DNA of 18,113 bases from an uncultured Anaerolineae bacterium (GTDB lineage Bacteria; Chloroflexota; Anaerolineae; CAYNKW01). The notes beneath the pieces are model-generated. The model saw nothing but the letters and a program-made list of their open reading frames with translations, did no database searches and was not told the origin of the DNA. The position numbers and the translations under genes are program-made. The stretch lies in the NCBI GenBank assembly GCA_964453885.1, contig CAYVPU010000041.1, forward strand, positions 1 to 18,113, in the 5' to 3' direction. Below, piece after piece: positions 7,316-14,124 of this stretch (its first letter is position 1; each line of letters opens with the position of its first letter).

Positions 7316-7975
7316 CTAACCGGCCAGCAAGTATAGAGTGACGGCCGAGACCAGCGGAACGGTCAGGTTATCCAGATGCCACGGCGTAACGGCCTCGACC
7401 AGCGTGGTGACTACAGAGACAATGAGAGCATAGAGCAGGCTGATACCAAATCCCAGCGGCGGGAAGAGCCAGAGCACCAGAAAGGTGGCGGTGAAAGCGA
7501 ATAAAAACATTGAGATAGAACCTTCCAGCGAGCGGGTGCTGCCCCACAGGGTGTATCGGAACTGCCCATAGCGGGCGCCCAACACGGCTGCCATGGCGTC
7601 ACCCCAGGTCATGGGCATCAAACTGGCTACCACCAGGTGTGGCTGCTGCCAGAACAGAAAGACGATGAGAACGAACGAAAGGGGAAAATAGACCGTGCCC
7701 AGGTTCCCCTTTTCGCCGGTTTCCATGGCTTTAAAGGTCTCCTGGCGATAAGAGAGATAGTTGATGAGGATGAAAGAAGCTGGCGGGATGATCGCCATGT
7801 ACCAGCGGTCAAAGAGCAGCACCGTACCCACCGACCACATACCGACGGTGATGTGGATGAACTTGCGGGTAAAATCGGTCGAGTATCCCCGCCACTTTCG
7901 CATCCCCTCGGCGATCCCGATGGCCGCAAAGACAAAGACGTAGGATACCGCCAGCGCCAGCCAATCCGATCCCAT
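7316..7975 (-). CDS. integral membrane CTP-dependent polyprenol / phytol / dolichol-kinase-like protein (CTP_transf_1 superfamily)
   Basis: The motifs TRKFIHITVG, TWGDAMAAVLGARYG and RSLEGSISMF resemble the dolichol / phytol kinase family. There are ~6 TM helices. The ATG at 7975 has GGGGG 8 nt upstream. The Arg-rich N-extension to 8179 in the ORF track overlaps the upstream gene and is rejected. Confidence 0.55.
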   Translation of the reverse strand: MGSDWLALAVSYVFVFAAIGIAEGMRKWRGYSTDFTRKFIHITVGMWSVGTVLLFDRWYMAIIPPASFILINYLSYRQETFKAMETGEKGNLGTVYFPLSFVLIVFLFWQQPHLVVASLMPMTWGDAMAAVLGARYGQFRYTLWGSTRSLEGSISMFLFAFTATFLVLWLFPPLGFGISLLYALIVSVVTTLVEAVTPWHLDNLTVPLVSAVTLYLLAG

Positions 7976-7986
7976 GATTCCCCCTT

Positions 7987-8940
7987 TCAGATAACCAACC
8001 TGTCGTAGAGGATGTCCAGGCTCAACTCTGGACAAACAGTGTCCCGGCATTGGAGGGTCAGCGCTGCCGCCGAGACGCCCAGACGCACCGCTTCGTCCAC
8101 AGAAAAGTCGTTGAGCAGACCAAAGATGACGGTCGCAGTCAAGGCATCGCCCGCGCCGGTGAGGTCTATGATTTCGCACTCGACGGCCGGGATGTGACCG
8201 CTGGCGTCGGATGTGGCGTAGACAAGGCCCTGGTCTGCCAGGGTGATGATGGCGATCTCGACGCCAAGACTGACTAGGCGCTTGGCTGCGACGACGGCCT
8301 CCTCGCGGTTGCGCACCGGTTGCTCACACAGTGCTTCCGCCTCCAGGGCGTTGGGAGTGATCATGTATAGATCTTTCAGGTGTGGGCATAGACGGGGAGC
8401 CAGCGAGGTAGAGGTCGGGTCGGCACAGACAGGGACACCATGCTGGCGCGTTTGCCGGAACAGTGAGGCCAGCGCCTTGGGCGAGAGATTGGCGTCCACA
8501 ACCACCATAGACGCCTGGCGCAGCCAGCGACGCCGGTTGTAAAGATAGCGAGGAGTCACCGCTTCCGTGATGTTCATTTCAGCCACAGAGACCGAGAGGT
8601 TGCCCAGACTGTCGAACACGGCCAGGTAGGCGGCTGTGGCGTGCTCGGAGCTGATCAACACGTGATCCACGTTCACGCCGCTTCTGCGCGCCTGGGCCAA
8701 CAGATGGCGCCCGGCCTCGTCGTCACCCACGGCCGAAAGCAACGTCGTCTCCATGCCCAGCCGGGCCAGGTTCTCCGCGATGTTGCGCCCCACCCCGCCG
8801 ACGCTCACCCGGACGTGGCCGGGGATGGACGTGCCGGACTGCAACGGCTCCAGGGCGTGCCCCTTGGTGTCCATGGCCGCAGCGCCTGCCACCACCACCG
8901 ACGCCGTGTCACTCGAATTTGAACTCACCCCCACGCGCAT
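7987..8940 (-). CDS. PfkB-family (ribokinase-like) carbohydrate/nucleoside kinase
   Basis: The N-terminal motif is VVVAGAAAMD, the GG motif is GGVGRNIA, the anion hole is DLTGAGDALTA, and NALEAEAL is present. The SD AGGGGGGAAAC lies before ATG 8940. There are 12 bp to the downstream membrane kinase, so the two form an operon. Confidence 0.8.
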   Translation of the reverse strand: MRVGVSSNSSDTASVVVAGAAAMDTKGHALEPLQSGTSIPGHVRVSVGGVGRNIAENLARLGMETTLLSAVGDDEAGRHLLAQARRSGVNVDHVLISSEHATAAYLAVFDSLGNLSVSVAEMNITEAVTPRYLYNRRRWLRQASMVVVDANLSPKALASLFRQTRQHGVPVCADPTSTSLAPRLCPHLKDLYMITPNALEAEALCEQPVRNREEAVVAAKRLVSLGVEIAIITLADQGLVYATSDASGHIPAVECEIIDLTGAGDALTATVIFGLLNDFSVDEAVRLGVSAAALTLQCRDTVCPELSLDILYDRLVI

Positions 8941-8997
8941 GTTTCCCCCCTGGGCAGTTGCCTGTTGTGGCCGTGTAGATTCGGTGAGCCGGGCCCA

Positions 8998-10524
8998 TTA
9001 CTGTACAAAAGTCCACCAATCGCGGACATCAATAGAGCGGATCCGTGCCCACATGTCGGCCTTGATCGCCCAACGAGCCACGCTGCCTTTTTCTTCCTTC
9101 TGGGAAACCTTCTCTTCTTCTTCCTCTGTGCTAGTGACTGTTGTTCTCCTACCCTGCTTCTCAGTGACCGCTTTTTTCTTACCTGTCTTTTCCGTGGTCG
9201 TCACCTTTCGTTTCAAGCTGACAACGACCTGGATGCCCGCGTCGTCCGTGCGCTCGACGCTCTCTACCTTGGCATCGCCTATAAGATCAATCTGTTTCTT
9301 GGCCGAGTTCATAACGATTCTCAACAGGAGCGCGGTGTTGGTGAAAACCGGTTGCGGCATGAACTTGTTTAACTGGCTGACCTGACGCTTGACTAGCAGA
9401 GCGGTGAGAGCCACAGTGATAAAGACAAAGGAAAGACTGTAGGTCAGAGAGGTGATGAGCTTTTCTTCAAAGCTAGGCCCAGCCGGCGGCAGAATCCAGT
9501 ACTTTATGAGAACGATCGTCACCAGGGCCATTGCCAGACCGGCGAGAAAGGCGCCTACCTCAATGATTTCCAATGATGGACCGGGCTTCTTTTTGAACGG
9601 CCGAGCCCACTTGGTGATGCGGAAGTCCTTGGCCTTGTCTTGCAGCACAAAAAAGACAACGACAGAAAGCACGACGGCCAGGATGACGCCTATCAGGTGA
9701 GGCATCCAGTGAGTGAATGCTCCTTGTACAAGTGCCAGAAGAGGCACGATGAGAGGGAAGGGTCGTCTCAGTATGGGCGTAACGCTATTTGCTGCCGGTC
9801 GCCAACTGTAGATGTCTGTCTTGCAGCGAGGACAAAGGAGAATCTTGCCTGGCAATGGCCGCAATGCAGCTACGTTGGCTATCCTTCTTCCGTCAGGGCC
9901 GAGCAACTCTGACTCGGCGTGTTGGCTGCGGCAAATGGGGCAGGTGGGCATGAACCTTTTCAGTTTACGCTCAGCCGGTACTCGACGGAGATCGAGAAGA
10001 ACCAGTGGAGCGAGAAACTCAGCGAGCTCAGAGTCATCTCTCTTGTAGGCACTTAAGAGCTTCTTTTCGCTTTTCGTTGGAAGCTCAACAGTGGCTTTTA
10101 CACTGCTTCTCTCTATCCCCAATATCCGTACATCATTCGGGGAAATTTCCAGAAACGCAGCTATTGCAAATTGAACCCACCTCTGGTTCCTAGCATCGAA
10201 ATTCTCTAGTTCCATCTGGATCGTCAATTCAACTTTGGTCATGGGCTTGGGTGTGCTGTCTGCTTCTCCATACCGCCGGAGCACCCAAGGCTTCTGCTTG
10301 TACTCCCTCAGTGTCTTTGCACCCCAGTTTTCCTTATCTGCCTGTTCATGGCAATTTGCACACAGGCAGATGAGATTCTCTACTTTGTGTTCTTTCGATT
10401 CACGCCAAGGTACAATGTGTGCCCGTTCAAGTGGACAACGGGTGCCGCAGACTGCGCAGCGATGTCCAGATTCCAATAATATCTTCCTGGTGATTTCAGT
10501 GGGGATTGAGGGTCTGTTAGGCAT
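8998..10524 (-). CDS. HNH endonuclease domain protein fused to a zinc ribbon, four TM helices and a Lys/Glu-rich C-terminal tail. Candidate effector of a two-gene island.
   Basis: The HNH motif is at aa 20-66 (HRCAVCGTRC...ERAHIVPW...ENLICLCANCHE). A CxxC...CxxC zinc ribbon is at aa 195-234. Four hydrophobic helices span aa 255-378. A K/T/E-rich tail spans aa 435-480. The local GC is ~45-50% against ~62% in the flanks. Confidence 0.6.
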   Translation of the reverse strand: MPNRPSIPTEITRKILLESGHRCAVCGTRCPLERAHIVPWRESKEHKVENLICLCANCHEQADKENWGAKTLREYKQKPWVLRRYGEADSTPKPMTKVELTIQMELENFDARNQRWVQFAIAAFLEISPNDVRILGIERSSVKATVELPTKSEKKLLSAYKRDDSELAEFLAPLVLLDLRRVPAERKLKRFMPTCPICRSQHAESELLGPDGRRIANVAALRPLPGKILLCPRCKTDIYSWRPAANSVTPILRRPFPLIVPLLALVQGAFTHWMPHLIGVILAVVLSVVVFFVLQDKAKDFRITKWARPFKKKPGPSLEIIEVGAFLAGLAMALVTIVLIKYWILPPAGPSFEEKLITSLTYSLSFVFITVALTALLVKRQVSQLNKFMPQPVFTNTALLLRIVMNSAKKQIDLIGDAKVESVERTDDAGIQVVVSLKRKVTTTEKTGKKKAVTEKQGRRTTVTSTEEEEEKVSQKEEKGSVARWAIKADMWARIRSIDVRDWWTFVQ

Positions 10525-10581
10525 TACTGTCTATACCTTTCATCTCAGCTCAACTAGAGCAAATCGGGCAGGTAGGCATAG

Positions 10582-11832
10582 TTATCCCTTCCCTTTGGGA
10601 TCATTCGGCGATGAATTGTCTGTAGTCGCCTCGTCAGTGCTGGGCTCGCTTGGCCCTGTGGCTTTTTTGAGTATGGCGACCGCCTCACCAACGAATTCCA
10701 CTTCGTCCAGATCAGTGAACTCGAACGATTCCATGTCAGAGTTTTCTGGCTTGAGAATCCTGGTGCTGCCCTCACACAGATATCTTTTTAGTAGAGCTTT
10801 CTCGTCTTCTCCCCGAATGACAGCGGCCACAACACTGCCGGACTCCGGCTCGAACGGCAGATTCCGCGGGCGTCGAAGCCAGACATAGTCTCCCGAGTGA
10901 ATGTCCAGCCCTTTCATGCTCTCTCCCTCGACCTCGGCAATAAAGTAGAGATCGATTGTAGGGTCTAATGTCAATTGTGTCTTCTGTCCCTGTCCAAGTT
11001 CTACTGGTCGGATGAAGCAAAGCTCATCATCTATGAAGACCGACTCAATACTTGGCAGGGTTCTGGTCTTGTCATCTATGGATTTTCCCTGACCGGCAGA
11101 GATAGGATCAGACACAACTGGTGCAAAGCCGAAAATCATAGACAAGAGGGGCATAGACTGTTCACTTTGTCGCTGCTCAGTCTCTGTGGTGCCGTCAGCA
11201 TTTCCTTGTGGACCTGGGCGCTGGTGGGTTCCTGCGGCGGCTTCAGTACCGCCGAAGGAAGGCTGGCACAAATTCTCGCAGATCCGCTCGAATGCCTCTA
11301 ACACCTCCTCCTGACGGAGGGATACCAGATCTCGTGAGAAGTGTGCACGTGCATTATCAAGGTCGAGAAGACTTTGTTGATAGATCTTCACAGCTTGTCT
11401 TAGCTGATCTCGTTGAACTGGCGTATCTCCCTGAACCTTTTGAGCCATCTGAACCAACACATCCCCTCTAGCCTTGTTCACGACGCCAGCGTTGTAGTGT
11501 CCCACCATGCCTGAGTTCAAGAAACATTGTGCAGAGTCATCAAGTTCATCCTTTGCATCCTTGAGTTTCCCATTGGCCCAATGAACAGCCCCCTTATAAG
11601 CTCTAAATACCCCTTTGGGATAAGGTGAGATAGCCGCTGAATTGCGCGAAACTCGTTCTTCTGAGAGCAAACGGAGAGACAGTCCGCAAATGTTATCGGC
11701 TTCAGTCCATTCCCCTCGATTCCATGCTTCTTCAAACCGTCGCCGCAATGCTTGCATCGCTGAACCGAGATACTCAGATTCAATGATCAGTTGGTCCAGG
11801 AGTTTTCCCGGGGATTCAAAATAGGGCGCCAT
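10582..11832 (-). CDS. LexA/S24-family self-cleaving peptidase domain protein with a non-HTH alpha-helical N-terminal domain
   Basis: The C-terminal domain has a GESM (Ser305) nucleophile motif, LLKRY (Lys349) and VVAAVIRGE, typical of the S24 / LexA / UmuD fold. An Ala246-Gly247 candidate autocleavage site lies in the linker. The N-terminal ~190 aa are helical with no HTH visible. A strong SD (AAGGAGGAGGGG) precedes ATG 11832. Confidence 0.6.
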   Translation of the reverse strand: MAPYFESPGKLLDQLIIESEYLGSAMQALRRRFEEAWNRGEWTEADNICGLSLRLLSEERVSRNSAAISPYPKGVFRAYKGAVHWANGKLKDAKDELDDSAQCFLNSGMVGHYNAGVVNKARGDVLVQMAQKVQGDTPVQRDQLRQAVKIYQQSLLDLDNARAHFSRDLVSLRQEEVLEAFERICENLCQPSFGGTEAAAGTHQRPGPQGNADGTTETEQRQSEQSMPLLSMIFGFAPVVSDPISAGQGKSIDDKTRTLPSIESVFIDDELCFIRPVELGQGQKTQLTLDPTIDLYFIAEVEGESMKGLDIHSGDYVWLRRPRNLPFEPESGSVVAAVIRGEDEKALLKRYLCEGSTRILKPENSDMESFEFTDLDEVEFVGEAVAILKKATGPSEPSTDEATTDNSSPNDPKGKG

Positions 11833-11908
11833 ACCCCTCCTCCTTGTCCTTCACATAGATCGTACATACAGCGCAATGTCTCCTGCGTTGCTGACTGACC
11901 TGGTCAGA

Positions 11909-12086
11909 TGGCTAAGCCTATTTTCGACACCACAACATACAGTGGTATCCAGGCCCATTTGTTGCTACATGTTGCGTAGAACATTTGGGCGCAAAACTGG
12001 CTATGTCCGTATCTTGTGGGAAATGTGCTCTGAACCACAGTATGTTGTATAGGAACTTATGTTCTATGTCGAAAACAGGCTAAGCT
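11909..12086. repeat. nested imperfect inverted repeats forming a ~180-bp potential stem-loop or MITE-like element between the flotillin gene and the island
   Basis: The outer 20-bp inverted repeat is GGCTAAGCCTATTTTCGACA (11909-11928) vs TGTCGAAAACAGGCTAAGCT (12067-12086), matching 17/20. The inner 13-bp inverted repeat is CAACATACAGTGG (11933-11945) vs CCACAGTATGTTG (12035-12047), matching 12/13. The right arm overlaps the flotillin stop codon. Confidence 0.4.
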
Positions 12087-13969
12087 GGTTCTTCTGAAGC
12101 TTCCCTCTGATCCGCCTCTTCCTCAAAGTCCGGTTCCCTGATGCCAGGCTGCCCTCTCACGAGAGCCCTGGTTGGGGGAGTGATGATGCTGACCAGTTTT
12201 CTCATTTGATCCAGATCAATCCTCTGCTTAGCCATTTCCTCTAGTATTTCTTGAACTCTCTTTGGGTCCAAGGTTCTCAGCATTGCCTCCGCAAGGCGCT
12301 GGAAGAGAATCGCCTCGGCCTCGGCCTCGGCATGTGCCTGGATTCGCGTGGCGGCCGCTTGCGCCTGGGAGTCCTCTATAGTTGCCATTCCCCTTATTTT
12401 TGCGATCTCTCGCGCGAATGTGGCTGCAAGTTTGTCTCTTTCCATTTTTGCTTTGGCAGTTTCCAACCGGCTCCTTGCCTTTCCTCGCGCGTCAATTACT
12501 GCCGTCTCAGCATCTGTCTCTGCCACTTCCCGACGAGCTTGCGCTTGACCGGTGGCCGCGATACGATGGATTTCACCCTCATGTTCCGCAGCCAGCCGCC
12601 GCCCCTCGGCTTCTGTCACAATCTTCCACCGCTCTGCGTCAGCCTTGACCTTGTCGATCTGTGCTTCTGTCTTTCCCCCTGTTAACATTGCCTGGCTCTT
12701 GCCCGCAGCCAGGATGGCGGCCGCTTCGCCCTCTGCCCTGGCTTCCACCAGGGCTTGCCAGCCTCGCCAGGGCGCACCCCACCGGCGTAGGAACTCCTCC
12801 TGCGCTTCTTCCGGCATCTCAATGGAAATGATAGTTAAACCAGTGATACTGACTCCCCAAAGAGTACCTGTCTCGGCGGCTCCGGTTCTGGCTTGTTCAG
12901 CGATGTCCAGAAGGGTGCTTTGCTCCATGCTCACCCGCTCATCTTCATTTACCACAAAGATCTCGTCAACCAAAAAACCCCGGATAGCTGCGCCAACTCT
13001 ACCGATCGCCAGGCCGATTGTCTGCGATTTCCAGTCCCTGTCAGATCTGATTCTGTAAACAGCCCGGTAGAGCGTGCGCCGGTACACTGGATAGGGGCCG
13101 GATATGATGCCTTTAAAGTCCTTGGTCTCAAAATCTCCCCTGTCGCCCCTATCTCTGGCTTCCTTCCACCCCTCAATGCGAAACATGATGAATCCCTTGA
13201 CCGCCAGCGGCACGTTGTCCTTGGTCAGGGCCTTCACCTCGAAATTCTGTCCCTGGGTTCGCAGATCAATGCTGGCTTTGACCCTTTCGAATTTTCGCAG
13301 GGTCACCAGCCCTGGCCCTTCAACGCGTGTGACATCGCCGCTGCGCTCCAACACTATGGCGTTGTACGGCTTGATCACGGCGACAACCGGCCGGCCAAAT
13401 TTGTCCAACGGGCCTTTGGGCTTGGTCATTGCGATCTCGCCTTCCTCGACAATAAAATAGGGCTCACCGATGCCCAGGGCCAGGTAAAGCAAAAGCTTCA
13501 TGGCCAGCTTGCGGTCCAGCTCGTACGTCTCGCGGAGGGCCAGAAACCACTCGGCGCTGACAAAGAGAACGAGTCCCAGCGGCAGGCCAACGGCCAACGC
13601 GCCACCCACCAGCCCGGCCAGGACTGACAGGCCAGCCCTCACTGCCAGGTGCTTAAACAGAGGCCCAATCAATGACCAGTTGCTGATCCTGGCGACTATC
13701 GCTTCGCTGTTCAGCTTGGAGTAGGCCAGCCCTCCCACAAGAAGACCGACTGCCAGGAGAAGGTAAAGAAACAGAAAAAGCCGACGCAGTTTCCCCGAGA
13801 AGAACTGAACATAGAGGATGCCAAATAGAAGAAAGGCAATATAACCGACAGTGGGACCTCCCAGCAGGAGGCCCGGGATACTGACGCCCATCGCCATGAG
13901 GAAGAACAAGAGCCGTTGCCTGGTCCCCGGATCGTTTCTGCCGGTTTCCTTGTCACCATCAGCGCTCAA
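12080..13969 (-). CDS. flotillin-like SPFH/band-7 protein with a multi-TM N-terminus and a C-terminal EA-rich coiled coil
   Basis: The SPFH core is PYNAIVLERSGDVTRVEGPGLVTLRKFERVKASIDLRTQ...VKGFIMFRI. There is a long charged coiled coil with AEAEAEA. About 4-5 N-terminal TM helices are present. The start is TTG, with GGAGGTGA 7 nt upstream. Confidence 0.8.
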   Translation of the reverse strand: MSADGDKETGRNDPGTRQRLLFFLMAMGVSIPGLLLGGPTVGYIAFLLFGILYVQFFSGKLRRLFLFLYLLLAVGLLVGGLAYSKLNSEAIVARISNWSLIGPLFKHLAVRAGLSVLAGLVGGALAVGLPLGLVLFVSAEWFLALRETYELDRKLAMKLLLYLALGIGEPYFIVEEGEIAMTKPKGPLDKFGRPVVAVIKPYNAIVLERSGDVTRVEGPGLVTLRKFERVKASIDLRTQGQNFEVKALTKDNVPLAVKGFIMFRIEGWKEARDRGDRGDFETKDFKGIISGPYPVYRRTLYRAVYRIRSDRDWKSQTIGLAIGRVGAAIRGFLVDEIFVVNEDERVSMEQSTLLDIAEQARTGAAETGTLWGVSITGLTIISIEMPEEAQEEFLRRWGAPWRGWQALVEARAEGEAAAILAAGKSQAMLTGGKTEAQIDKVKADAERWKIVTEAEGRRLAAEHEGEIHRIAATGQAQARREVAETDAETAVIDARGKARSRLETAKAKMERDKLAATFAREIAKIRGMATIEDSQAQAAATRIQAHAEAEAEAILFQRLAEAMLRTLDPKRVQEILEEMAKQRIDLDQMRKLVSIITPPTRALVRGQPGIREPDFEEEADQREASEEPA

Positions 13970-14012
13970 TGGGTCACCTCCAACGCAGATCGCTCTCTGC
14001 CCGCGCTAGCCT

Positions 14013-14050
14013 AATATTACCACACTTTTACCCAAAAGAAAAGGCGGGGT
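14013..14050 (-). promoter_or_regulatory. putative promoter for the flotillin gene (extended -10 TGGTAATAT on the minus strand)
   Basis: The minus-strand sequence TGTGGTAATATTAGG lies ~45 nt upstream of the TTG start. The -35 is weak. Confidence 0.3.
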
Positions 14051-14051
14051 T

Positions 14052-14124
14052 CGTGAAACGTGATCCGTGATCCGTGAAACGTGATTCGACACCGCGTCGT
14101 ACGCATCACGCATCACGCTTCACG
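14052..14124. repeat. Structured intergenic repeat element, copy 2 (GTGAAACGTGAT...CGCATCACGCATCACGCTTCACG). It overlaps the gyrA stop.
   Basis: CGTGAAACGTGATCCGTGATCCG (14052-14074) is a 20/23 inverted complement of CGCATCACGCATCACGCTTCACG (14102-14124). There is a tandem 7-mer GTGATCC x2. A third GTGAAACGTGAT copy sits in the loop. The core is shared with the element at 3105-3198. Confidence 0.5.

Noticed and set aside
7976-8179. 68-aa Arg-rich N-extension of the polyprenol-kinase-like ORF
   Set aside because: It overlaps the 3' end of the PfkB gene in another frame. A Met with a G-rich RBS at 7975 gives a sensible membrane-protein start.
8753-9385. plus-strand ORFs (210 aa, 135 aa) across the PfkB/HNH junction
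   Set aside because: They are antisense to two supported minus-strand genes, and the product has low-complexity S/T/F-rich composition.
12893-13627. 244-aa plus ORF inside the flotillin gene
   Set aside because: It is antisense to a gene with clear SPFH motifs and has no RBS.
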